Source: Candidatus Curtissbacteria bacterium RIFOXYA1_FULL_41_14 (GTDB lineage: Bacteria; Patescibacteriota; Microgenomatia; Curtissbacterales; GWA2-41-24). Taken from it: 64,000 nt of DNA. The position numbers and the translations under genes are program-made. Location: positions 22,994-86,993 of the forward strand of contig MFCA01000025.1 of assembly GCA_001775095.1 (NCBI GenBank), written 5' to 3'. The notes below the pieces were generated by a model. It had not been told where the DNA came from and made no database searches. It saw only the letters and a list, made by a program, of their open reading frames with translations. How positions within the stretch are numbered: position 1 is the first letter of the stretch; every line of letters starts with the position of its first letter. Below are positions 27,240 to 36,533 of the stretch, piece by piece.

Positions 27240-28130
27240 TTAAGATGTGTCTTTTAAATCTCTAAGATTCTCAAGTGCATTAAAAGCAAGCGCCGCATGT
27301 TGGCCTGGATGAATTGATAGCTCATTGTGTCCGCCTATTACAGAATAGTACCCTTTTATTTCTATAGGTAATACACCATTAGACTCCTTAGACTTGAGCA
27401 TATTTGCAGTTTGGCGGCTAACCGGAAATAACGGATCATCAACGCCTGCTATTACACTAAATTTGATGCCTTGCTCCCAAAGCTTCTTCATTATTTCCCC
27501 AAGATCAAAACTGGTTAGCGCACCCACTTCTTTAGGCACTCTTAAGGGATGCTCCACGAAGTATCGTGCGGTTCTTCCACCTGCCCTAATTGAACTTGTA
27601 GAATCCGTCAGTGCTTTAGGTCGAGTCTTCATCTCTTGAGATAAGAGCTCTTTAAATCTTCCGGCCAAAGCTTTTATTGAATCTTGTCCAATGAGACCGG
27701 CCGGCTTATCAAGGACTATATTGCGAAATTTATCCGGCTTAAGCATAGCCGCAATCAAACTATTTATTGCCCCTTCCGAATGCGCAATAACGTCTGCTTT
27801 TTCTATTCCTTTTTTATCAAGAACATCAAGAAGTAATAAGGCTTTTTGAAGCTCTATTTTTGGATATTCTCCCCCACTTGTAACTTTGCCTCCATGGCCT
27901 GAATATTCAACTGTCAAAACTCTTCTTCCTTCTCTAAAACCAACAGCTAAAGTTTCCTCGTAGGTTTTAGGATTTTCGGCCCAGCCGGGTGCGATAAGCA
28001 CCGGTACATCATCTTTTAACACCTCCGGCGCAACATCAACAACTGTTATTTTACCTTCCGGGAATTTTAAAGTGTCACGATTTCTGAATTGTTGTTCAAA
28101 CGAGGGGGCTGGTGCTTCTCCGGTTTCCAT
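27240..28130 (-). CDS. Alpha/beta-fold hydrolase
   Basis: GxSxG nucleophile elbow (AHSEGA), 296 aa. Confidence 0.55.
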   Translation of the reverse strand: METGEAPAPSFEQQFRNRDTLKFPEGKITVVDVAPEVLKDDVPVLIAPGWAENPKTYEETLAVGFREGRRVLTVEYSGHGGKVTSGGEYPKIELQKALLLLDVLDKKGIEKADVIAHSEGAINSLIAAMLKPDKFRNIVLDKPAGLIGQDSIKALAGRFKELLSQEMKTRPKALTDSTSSIRAGGRTARYFVEHPLRVPKEVGALTSFDLGEIMKKLWEQGIKFSVIAGVDDPLFPVSRQTANMLKSKESNGVLPIEIKGYYSVIGGHNELSIHPGQHAALAFNALENLRDLKDTS

Positions 28131-28233
28131 TCGAATATTATAGCATCAGATAAGGCTAAAACATTTAACAGCTGAGGGTATAAGTAGCGAGGGTACAGTT
28201 ACATTGGTGCGCAGTCGTGCTGAAATGGCCGGT

Positions 28234-29208
28234 CTAGAATCTTCCGATTTTGTTAGTATATCGAAGGCCGATTCTTCCCATTCCTAAGAAGTATTCATTT
28301 TCGGCAGATGTATTACCATTTACAACCTTTTCATAACTGGCTAAAAGAACATGCATTGCATGGGCTAATTTTACATAATCAGGCAATTTCTTGATTTCAT
28401 CTGCAGTTAGTGTAATATACTTCTGATACTCGCTTAAGGCTAAATCGTAGTTTTTGGGAAAGCTCCCAAAACCCTTTGGATTAAAGAACAAATCACATAA
28501 AATAACCGCAAGTTCTTGAATTCTTGGGTAATAGTTTGCTACCGCGAAATCTAAGATATAAATATCCCCATTAACACTCTTCATTGTATTTGTCTTGGTA
28601 ATATCCCCATGTACAAAACAGTGAGGTAAATTTTCGACGGATAGAGAATTAAATACATCCACAAGCGGTTCTATCAGGTTTTTATCCTCTTTATTAAGAT
28701 ACTGGCCTTTCTTTTTATACTCTTTGGGGAAATTTGTTATCGCCCATTGGTCATATACCAGTGATGGACGAATATCAATCTTATTGACTAGTGCTGCCTG
28801 TTTGATAATAAAACGCATTTCTTTGACAGTTGGCGTAGTTTGAAGCTGGTAGAAATTTTGTCCATCGATAAACTCCATCACACAAAGTCTATCTGTTTGG
28901 CTATTATTTGATATCTCGTAAAGATGGTCTTGGTTAGATTTGTAAAGTCTGGGGTATGATATACCGGCTTTTAAAACACTATCCATAATTTCAACATATC
29001 GGCTGCATTCGTTCTTATTCCGAAAAGAGGCAAAGATTTTGACAAAATACCTACCCCTTTTTGTTTTTAAAAATAGGTTAAAATCTTCATAGCCAATCGG
29101 GACTATTTTGCAAGAACCATATTCGCCAATATGGAAGTCTTGGCAAACTTGCTTAAGAAATGGCTTTAAGTCACCTCGATAATGAATTCTTTTTTGAAAG
29201 TTATACAT
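28234..29208 (-). CDS. Aminoglycoside/choline-kinase-like phosphotransferase (APH family fold)
   Basis: HGDITKTN catalytic-loop motif and ILDFAVANY (DFG-equivalent) typical of APH/ChoK-like kinases. Confidence 0.6.
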   Translation of the reverse strand: MYNFQKRIHYRGDLKPFLKQVCQDFHIGEYGSCKIVPIGYEDFNLFLKTKRGRYFVKIFASFRNKNECSRYVEIMDSVLKAGISYPRLYKSNQDHLYEISNNSQTDRLCVMEFIDGQNFYQLQTTPTVKEMRFIIKQAALVNKIDIRPSLVYDQWAITNFPKEYKKKGQYLNKEDKNLIEPLVDVFNSLSVENLPHCFVHGDITKTNTMKSVNGDIYILDFAVANYYPRIQELAVILCDLFFNPKGFGSFPKNYDLALSEYQKYITLTADEIKKLPDYVKLAHAMHVLLASYEKVVNGNTSAENEYFLGMGRIGLRYTNKIGRF

Positions 29209-29277
29209 TTCAGTCAGCTGGGCATGCCGGTCAAGACCCTATTCTTTTGACTCCTCAATTTATTTCTCGTTTGTGTT

Positions 29278-29685
29278 TTATACGAGACCTACGCCGGAAA
29301 CATATTTGCCATTTCTTTTAACTTTTACTCTTTTAAATATATCTGGGTAGGTTAAAAGAAGATCATTTATATTTTTCTCTGTAAATTCATTTTTCCAGTT
29401 CCATTCTTTACTGAGATGACTAATGCTGTGTCTCTTTTCCTTTTCCAAGTAGTTAAGTAGGATGGTTTTCCGGCGCCATGTTATTATCTCTTTTCTTAAT
29501 CGAAAACCCGCGATAACCCACATTACTATGATTAAAAAGACCACTGGCGGTCTCCACGATTCTGGAAACTGAGACCCCCATTGATTAAATATAAAAGGGA
29601 GAAACACTATTGACAATATAATCAACACCGACCAGGGCTCATCCTTGATAATATTTGCTATTTCTCTCACAGATTTGGTGTTCAT
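29278..29685 (-). CDS. Hypothetical membrane protein
   Basis: A 135-aa protein with two TM helices. Confidence 0.4.
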   Translation of the reverse strand: MNTKSVREIANIIKDEPWSVLIILSIVFLPFIFNQWGSQFPESWRPPVVFLIIVMWVIAGFRLRKEIITWRRKTILLNYLEKEKRHSISHLSKEWNWKNEFTEKNINDLLLTYPDIFKRVKVKRNGKYVSGVGLV

Positions 29686-29703
29686 ATCTACTTGTGTCCA
29701 ATC

Positions 29704-29719
29704 TGGCTGCCAGACTAGG
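29704..29719. repeat. Duplicate of the tRNA-Gln 3' end (tggctgccagactagg versus tggctgccggactagg at 30151-30166; 15 of 16 match)
   Basis: Same orientation as the tRNA copy and 431 bp away. The enclosed segment carries the GIY-YIG ORF plus repeat-derived sequence. This is an att-like direct-repeat signature. Confidence 0.6.
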
Positions 29720-29775
29720 TATCTTTCGTTCTTCGAACTTCAGAATACCATGGGGTCCATCAGAAAAATCTTTCA

Positions 29776-30045
29776 CTAAAGCTTCTTTAGTAATTCCAAC
29801 TCCCCTTTTATCAAAGCCTCTTTTTTAGCTCTTGTCCATTTTTTTACTTGAAGCTCTCGGTTCATTGCAGATTTTATGTCTAGATACTTTTCTGTGTAAA
29901 CAATGCTTACTGGTGTTTTGCCTCGCAAATATTTTGCGCCTCTTGATGAATTTGAATTATGTTCTTTTAACCTTTTATCTATATCGGTCGTCATCCCACA
30001 ATAAAAGGAATTATCCGAACATCGAAGAATGTAAAAGTGGTACAT
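29776..30045 (-). CDS. GIY-YIG nuclease domain protein (UPF0213/YhbQ-like)
   Basis: MYHFYILRCSDNSFYCGMTTDIDKRLKEHN...GAKYL is the stand-alone GIY-YIG domain. It is 89 aa long. Confidence 0.8.
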   Translation of the reverse strand: MYHFYILRCSDNSFYCGMTTDIDKRLKEHNSNSSRGAKYLRGKTPVSIVYTEKYLDIKSAMNRELQVKKWTRAKKEALIKGELELLKKL

Positions 30046-30150
30046 GAGTTCTTCGATTACCCTTCGACTCGGTCAATAAATTGATCTCGCTCAGGGCATT
30101 CAACTCACTTCTTAAGGGGCAATAGTCATGAGCGAACGAAGTGAGTCGAA

Positions 30151-30224
30151 TGGCTGCCGGACTAGGATTCGGACCTAGATAAGCAGATCCAGAATCTGCT
30201 GTCCTACCATTAGACGATCCGGCA
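30151..30224 (-). tRNA. tRNA-Gln (anticodon CUG)
   Basis: Hand-folded on the minus strand: acceptor TGCCGGA/TCCGGCA with U1-A72, discriminator G73, CCA encoded, D-stem GTCT/GGAC, anticodon arm GCAGA-TTCTGGA-TCTGC (CTG), T-arm CTAGG-TCCGAAT-CCTAG. The T-loop has C at position 55, which is unusual. Confidence 0.7.
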
Positions 30225-30317
30225 ATATGAGATGTATTTTACCAAATTTCGAGCTTGGCTGATATTCCGAGAATGCGACTGGACAAGGAATAGAAAGCAT
30301 CCTATAATCTCATACTA

Positions 30318-31190
30318 ATGATAAGAGGTCCTGAAGCTAGTGTTTATAAGGGTTTTGGCCCAGAAGATCAAGACATGTTCTCACGTACACTTCGTGAATG
30401 CGAGGCGACTTGGAATTGTACAGAGTTAAAGCCTGGAACGCTTGACGACATGCTTGTTTATCAGTTTGAATTAGCAATTGCTCAAGGTAGGAATGCAGTA
30501 AATGTTCTAGATCTGGGATGTGGCAGTGGTGCTGCAATCAAAAATATCATTAATGACTCAGCAGTACCAGAAAGACAACTGATACCTAAAAGCCGTGGGA
30601 TACTTACCAGTCATCCTAGCCTTACCCTTAGAGTTGTCGGTTTGACTGATGCAACTGACACACAGCAGTTTTTACAAAGAGAACCGATTGTACTTTCTGC
30701 TTACTCTACTCCGCCCCTAGTAAGCCAACAAGTTGAAGCCGAAATCGTTTACTATTCTATTACAGAAGCCCAAGGGCTCGGACAATTTACAGAAGCTGTA
30801 GGAATGCCAAAAGTAGACCTTATCATAGCGACGGGCTTTTTCTGTTACATCGAAGGCGATGATCAATTCAGACAAATACTCTCAGATGCAATCAGTGTAC
30901 TCAGAGCAAATGGGGGAAGATTATTAGCCTTCAAGTACGGTAATATTCCTGATAGAGAGTGGTCGGAAGAATATATCTCCAATGCCCTATGCCAGTTAAT
31001 GGCTTTTTCTGGAAAAGATCTATTGGAAGCGGGCGAAAGTGTATGGCAAGAAGCACGTGGCAAGATAGAATTGTCAACTAAGAGGAGAAATGAAATACTA
31101 GAACAGTTTGAGACCGATAAGGGATTATCTCTTCAATACAACAAGGATATTTTAATTGTTGATAGAGTAAGGTCAACTCCAGATCGATAG
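30318..31190 (+). CDS. Class I SAM-dependent methyltransferase-like protein
   Basis: Motif I 'VLDLGCGSGAA'. Its composition is noticeably more GC-rich and codon-distinct than its neighbours. Confidence 0.5.
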   Translation: MIRGPEASVYKGFGPEDQDMFSRTLRECEATWNCTELKPGTLDDMLVYQFELAIAQGRNAVNVLDLGCGSGAAIKNIINDSAVPERQLIPKSRGILTSHPSLTLRVVGLTDATDTQQFLQREPIVLSAYSTPPLVSQQVEAEIVYYSITEAQGLGQFTEAVGMPKVDLIIATGFFCYIEGDDQFRQILSDAISVLRANGGRLLAFKYGNIPDREWSEEYISNALCQLMAFSGKDLLEAGESVWQEARGKIELSTKRRNEILEQFETDKGLSLQYNKDILIVDRVRSTPDR

Positions 31191-31289
31191 ACGATTTTTA
31201 GACGATTTGCAAGTATTTTCTTAGTTCAAATTATTACTTCGTGCCTGTGGACGACGAGGATATAGTTAGAATCGCATTCCGCAAATTTT

Positions 31290-31434
31290 ATAAACTTCCG
31301 AGGGCTAAGAGCACTCGGTATTGTTCTTTAAGTTTACATGAGCGAGCAGATGTTTCCTCGGCTCGGAAGTATGTATTCGTTCTCACATTCATCCGTGGGC
31401 TAATAGTCCATGGTCTTCTGCGAACGAATATAAA
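31290..31434. repeat. Structured repeat family 2, copy A (about 145 nt)
   Basis: About 80% identical to 38156-38295. Shared blocks are ataaacttccgagggctaa, aagtttacatgag.gagcaga, aagtatgtattcg, cattcatccg and ctgcga.cgaatataaa. The hairpin ccgtgg...ccatgg corresponds to ccgagg...cctcgg in copy B with a compensatory change. Confidence 0.7.
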
Positions 31435-32278
31435 TTTCCTCGAAACCAAACAGTAACTCTTTCGCACCGTTTCTGTTAAACAACGCTATTGAATGCGACC
31501 AGGCACTAGGAAGATCTGGCCGATTCTTTAATCTCAACCTTGGTTCTATAGTAAAAGCCATCGGAGCTTCTATTTTAAAATCTTCAGCTTCGTTTACAAA
31601 TATCCTCTTTTTACTTATCAGCTGGCAAACCTTTCCCCATTCATTTTCTCCACCTTTCAACATATCTCTTTCATCACTAGTCCAGTCTTCATAAGTTGCA
31701 GGAATTGTGTGGCCAATATTGACACTTTGAGGATCACTTGTGCTTAGAATGTTGTTTGTAAAACCTCTACTTGTTATTAATTTGTTGGCAAATTTAGTAA
31801 CATCAGAAAATTGTTCGCCAACACGGACAAATTCAAAAATTTCTCTATTTATCTCGATACAAGTTTTTAAAGTTTTTATAACTTCTTTATTATTTCCTAA
31901 ATAAATCATTACTTCGGTATCTCCAATAATTCCTGATTCTTTGTCAACGGGAGAACCATAGAAAGCGAGAATACCATCTGTTTTATCTAAATAGACATCG
32001 TCCCTAGGCCATGTTTCTTCAAGCCTCATGTTGGGGTATAAAACTCTCTTTGGATTCTTAACAGTTGCAAACAGAACAATAAGCCCGTTAGGTGGAGGAA
32101 TATACCAGCCGTTTGGAAAAATCTTTGGGTTTTTTCTGAGTTCTCCCAGCCATAGGTCTCGAAATTCTTTTTCCGAAATCCTATTTTTCCTCAGAGATTT
32201 TCTTAACGCTTTAGCCAACGCATCGGTCGCTATTTTTCGAGTTTCTTTGCAAACTTGAAGTTTTTTATTAGGATCCAT
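31400..32278 (-). CDS. M24-like (creatinase/prolidase fold) domain protein
   Basis: C-terminal 'NIGHTIP...KIEAPMAFTIEPRL' resembles the M24 pita-bread motif. Its 3' end overlaps repeat copy A. Confidence 0.4.
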   Translation of the reverse strand: MDPNKKLQVCKETRKIATDALAKALRKSLRKNRISEKEFRDLWLGELRKNPKIFPNGWYIPPPNGLIVLFATVKNPKRVLYPNMRLEETWPRDDVYLDKTDGILAFYGSPVDKESGIIGDTEVMIYLGNNKEVIKTLKTCIEINREIFEFVRVGEQFSDVTKFANKLITSRGFTNNILSTSDPQSVNIGHTIPATYEDWTSDERDMLKGGENEWGKVCQLISKKRIFVNEAEDFKIEAPMAFTIEPRLRLKNRPDLPSAWSHSIALFNRNGAKELLFGFEEIYIRSQKTMDY

Positions 32279-32779
32279 AGGTTTATGATAGCAAATTGAA
32301 GCTAATTAGAGCTGGCACAGGCTAAAGTTCTGAATACTCTTTACTCCAACAATCTTTCTCAGGACCGTCCCAAATCACCCCTGGATATTTGGTAAGTTCA
32401 GCCCAATTCGCGGTTCGGAAATCATCAACTACTCCCAGCACGACTGTGCACCCATGTAACCGTACCCTCGACATTCACCCTTCAAATACCCCGATAATGA
32501 GGCTACGGTTGCAAAAGCGTCCTTGTTTTCACCTTGTTAACGATACACCCCCAACCATAGTCTTGGTTTCCAGTAAGGTTTTTAGGGTTAATAGAAATTT
32601 AATCTCGCCCGCTTAGTGAAGAATGTATGGTAGAGTCTAAGAAAGAGGTCTAAGCTACGTTAATTGAAGTACCAGACTATCTATCGATAAGTCAGAATTT
32701 TGCTCGTGAGTTATCACTTGCGTCACAAGGGGAAACTACGAGCGTACCATTTATAAAAAATCCACTTCCAGAATACCCA

Positions 32780-33799
32780 TTGGTTCAGTCAAATCAGGTA
32801 TTTCAAGCATTCGTTATCGGTGGAACGCATGGAGCCATGGTAGTTGTAAAACTCAATGAGGATAAGAAATTTGCAATTTTGAAGCAGAAAACATTCACCC
32901 CTCTTCCTAGGTTTGCTACTAAAGATGATTTTTTAGCATTCATTGAAGCCAATCTTGAACAGCAAACGGCTGCGATAGGAATCAATTTTGCGTACAATCT
33001 TATTCCTGTTGTCGGAGAAATGGGAGAACTTGATGGCATTATGAATCAAGGAGATACCAAAGGACACGCCTTTCAGGGACTGCAACAAGAACAAGTTGGA
33101 AAAACCATTGAGGATTACCTAAAAGAAACAACTAACAGAGATATTGCAGTGACAGTTGCAAATGACTCAGTATGTCTTATTACTTCTGGGCTAGAAGAAG
33201 ATACAGATAGAGAAAATCTTATAGCAGCTATTGCTGGAACGGGATATAACGTTGCGATATTTTTAGATAATAATACTGTCGTTAATCTTCAGGCTTCTGA
33301 CTTTACTGGATTTACACAAACTTCAACAGGAAAAGTGGTTGATTCGGAATCTAAAAATGCTGGTGAGCAGTTATTTAATAAAGAAGTTGCTGCTGGTGAT
33401 CTATATAAACACTACAATGTGCTTATTCCATTAATGCACTTGGCGACACCGCCCCTCCAATCGAGCGAAGAACTATCACGGTTAGCGCAAAAAGGAATTG
33501 GAGCAGAATCACAAGTTGCAAGGGAACTTTTTAAACGATCTGCCTCACTTATTGCTGCTCAATTAGCAGGTATATATGAATTCAAAGGTAGGCCTGTAAG
33601 ATTAACTTGTATTGTGCAAGGAAGTCTTTTCTTAAAAGAACCAGGCTACCTTTTAAACATACAGACTCAACTTGAAGCACTCGGAGTATCACAGAATGCC
33701 TTTGAATTTAAGAAAATAGAAAATAGCGATGTCTTGGGAATGATAAAGTTGATAACTGGAATAAATGCCTCGTTGATGGCAGAGGAGTTATTTATTTAA
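32780..33799 (+). CDS. ASKHA-superfamily sugar kinase (ROK/BadF/hexokinase-like)
   Basis: N-terminal 'FVIGGTHGAMVVVK', central 'VTVANDSVCL', and 'AAIAGTGYNVAIF' match phosphate-1, connect and phosphate-2 type motifs. Confidence 0.5.
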   Translation: MVQSNQVFQAFVIGGTHGAMVVVKLNEDKKFAILKQKTFTPLPRFATKDDFLAFIEANLEQQTAAIGINFAYNLIPVVGEMGELDGIMNQGDTKGHAFQGLQQEQVGKTIEDYLKETTNRDIAVTVANDSVCLITSGLEEDTDRENLIAAIAGTGYNVAIFLDNNTVVNLQASDFTGFTQTSTGKVVDSESKNAGEQLFNKEVAAGDLYKHYNVLIPLMHLATPPLQSSEELSRLAQKGIGAESQVARELFKRSASLIAAQLAGIYEFKGRPVRLTCIVQGSLFLKEPGYLLNIQTQLEALGVSQNAFEFKKIENSDVLGMIKLITGINASLMAEELFI

Positions 33800-33842
33800 G
33801 TCGCTATGTTAATGTAGTATTACTTAATTAAATTCTATTATA

Positions 33843-35039
33843 ATGCAGGATTTTAAAACAAAAGTTTACGAAATAATGCTTGCTAATAGGAGGCACAAAG
33901 GTAAGTATCAATACACACTCCCTTCACCTGACTCCTATCCTTATCAATGGCTTTGGGATTCCTGCTTTCATGCTATCATTCTCACCCACTACAACACCGG
34001 GGATGCTAAAAAAGAATTATTATCTCTCGTAGCCAAACAGTTTACCAACGGAATGATACCTCACATGAACTATTGGCAAGAACCTGAAAAAACGAATTTC
34101 CCTAAGATTGATTGGGGGAAAGAAGATAGTTCATCAATTACTCAGCCACCAATGCTTGCTTACGCAGTTTGGCAGATTTATCAAAAAGATCAAGACTTAG
34201 AGTTTTTATCTAACATATATGGTCATATAAAACGTTTTTATGATTACCTTTTAAAAGAGAGAGATCCGAGAGGACATCATCTAGTCAGCATTATCAACCC
34301 AGATGAATCTGGAGAGGATAACTCTCCTCGTTTTGATCTTCCTTTGAATCTACCGCCCAAACAAACAATTGAAGAAAATTATAAAAAAAGGCTTGAATTA
34401 ATTAGTAAGAATCATAAATGTAATTTTGATGCACCTTTTTGTATGAAAAACTTTTTTTGGGCTAAAGATGTACCATTCAACTCCATTTTAGTTGAAAATT
34501 TAAAGATCTTGTCATCTATAGCCGATAAATTAAACTTTGATGAAGAAAGTGAATATTATCATCATCAGGCATCGCTTATAAAGGAGGCGATGAGAAGTTT
34601 AATGCTTGAAGACGGAATTTTTTGGTCAACATATGGAAAGGATTATAAAAAAATTAAAGTTAAAACTTGGGCAATTTTTTCCCCTTTATTTGCTAAAGTT
34701 GCAACTGATTCGGAAGCGAAGAATTTAATTAAAAACTATTTTTTAAATCCAGATGAATTTTATCTACCTTTTATCCTTCCAACAACTTCAAAGTCTGACC
34801 CGGCTTTTGATCCAAAGGGATTCTGGCGTGGTCCAATTTGGATCTCAACGAACTGGATAGTTTTTAAAGGATTAAAAAATTATGGGTTTGAGGTGGAAGC
34901 TAAATATCTGCTTGATTGTTCTATCAAATTATTAGAAAAATCTGGCTTTAGGGAACAATATAATCCGCTTACCGGTGAAGGGTTTGGTGCGAGAAACTTT
35001 ACATGGGGTGGCCTAATTGCAGATATGTTAGAAAATTAA
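33843..35039 (+). CDS. Glycoside hydrolase, (alpha/alpha)6-barrel GH63/mannosylglycerate-hydrolase-like
   Basis: YQWLWDSCFHAII and WRGPIWISTNWIVFKGL are hallmark GH63/GH37-like motifs. Confidence 0.65.
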   Translation: MQDFKTKVYEIMLANRRHKGKYQYTLPSPDSYPYQWLWDSCFHAIILTHYNTGDAKKELLSLVAKQFTNGMIPHMNYWQEPEKTNFPKIDWGKEDSSSITQPPMLAYAVWQIYQKDQDLEFLSNIYGHIKRFYDYLLKERDPRGHHLVSIINPDESGEDNSPRFDLPLNLPPKQTIEENYKKRLELISKNHKCNFDAPFCMKNFFWAKDVPFNSILVENLKILSSIADKLNFDEESEYYHHQASLIKEAMRSLMLEDGIFWSTYGKDYKKIKVKTWAIFSPLFAKVATDSEAKNLIKNYFLNPDEFYLPFILPTTSKSDPAFDPKGFWRGPIWISTNWIVFKGLKNYGFEVEAKYLLDCSIKLLEKSGFREQYNPLTGEGFGARNFTWGGLIADMLEN

Positions 35040-35044
35040 GTTTG

Positions 35045-36115
35045 TTATTGACTTAAAATTTTGTTGTAGATCTGCTCATACCCGTCGACCATATTTTTGA
35101 CATTGAATTTATTCAAAACGTATTTCCTACAATACTCCCTGTCAATTTTTAAGATATTAGCGACTGCCTCTATCATCGAAGAAACATCTTCGACTATATA
35201 TCCTGATTTTCCATTTTCAATTACTTCTGGTATCGAACCTAAGTTAAATGCCACTACCGGAGTTCCGCAAGCCATCGATTCGATGAGTGTTAACCCAAAC
35301 GGTTCTGGCCAAGTAACAGGATGTAAAGAACACATCGCCTCACTCATTAACTTATTTCTTTCTGTTTCATTAACTTCACCAACCCATTTGATTTGGTCAG
35401 ATAATTTGGGTTCAACAAATTGTTTGAAATACGAAACATCGTGAGGAGCATCTACTGCACTATCTAATTTGGCTGCAATTATCAAGGGGATGTCTAAATA
35501 TTGAGCAACCTCAATCGCAAAATGTACCCCTTTTTCCATGGATATCCTTCCTGTGAAAAGTAAATATTTACCCGGCTTTTTCGAAAATGGAAAATGTTTC
35601 ATCTCTAAACCATGGTAGACATTCCCCATAAATTTTAAATTGGGAGCGGAAGCCGCTTGAGCTTTTGAAACAGGAACCAGGTATGGGTTTTTTAAATTTT
35701 CAAAGATTCTTTTTTCATTTACACCAAAATACCCGTGTATAGTCATTACTACGGGAGTTTTGGAAAAGTTAGCTGTTGGTAAGCTTAGATAACCGTTATG
35801 ATCATGGATTATGTTAAATTGATCTTGTCTTTGATAAGCATAACCTATATTTAGCAGGGATAGGATATTCGCACCATATACATTATCCAAAACCCTGGAA
35901 TAACGCAGCGCCTTTGGATAAATCGAAATGAGTTTAGCAGAAGTAATAGAATCACCACTAGCAAACAGAGTAACCTCATGACCTCTTTTAACTAACTCCT
36001 CAGTCAGCGCATAAACAACTCTTTCTGTTCCTCCATATTTTTGTGGCGGAACTCTTTCTGCAATATTTGCTAACTGCGCTATTCTTAATCTTCTTTTTGC
36101 CATACTACTTGCCAT
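35045..36115 (-). CDS. Glycosyltransferase family 4 (GT-B)
   Basis: EPFGLTLIESMACGTPVVAFNLGSIPEVIENGKSGYIV is the GT4 E-X7-E region. Confidence 0.8.
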   Translation of the reverse strand: MASSMAKRRLRIAQLANIAERVPPQKYGGTERVVYALTEELVKRGHEVTLFASGDSITSAKLISIYPKALRYSRVLDNVYGANILSLLNIGYAYQRQDQFNIIHDHNGYLSLPTANFSKTPVVMTIHGYFGVNEKRIFENLKNPYLVPVSKAQAASAPNLKFMGNVYHGLEMKHFPFSKKPGKYLLFTGRISMEKGVHFAIEVAQYLDIPLIIAAKLDSAVDAPHDVSYFKQFVEPKLSDQIKWVGEVNETERNKLMSEAMCSLHPVTWPEPFGLTLIESMACGTPVVAFNLGSIPEVIENGKSGYIVEDVSSMIEAVANILKIDREYCRKYVLNKFNVKNMVDGYEQIYNKILSQ

Positions 36116-36533
36116 TCCTAAATCATTTTACACTTCATATAATGATTATGTTTTTGCGAAGCAAAAGGCAAGACTTCGACGATGAGCTCAGTCGAATCGC
36201 TTCTGCGAATACGAAGTATAATTTAACATTAATTAAGAAATTTGATCTAATCAAAAAATATTTTCAAAGTTAAACAGACATATTACTTAATCTGCTAATT
36301 ACGAAGCTAAGCATATCTGGGAGTACTCTTAAGGTCAAATTTTCTTATGCTAAAGTAGCTTATTAGAAACTGATGCTAGTTGGATCTACTGAATAGCGAA
36401 GCTAGGGAGAGAATCGCAACGCGGCAATCGCCTGAGACTATAACCCTAGGCACCGCATCCGACTATAATGACGGAATGGGTCTTGACCGACACGCTCAGC
36501 TTTTTTCCCAGCAGGAAGTAAAGGTCGCTTTGG

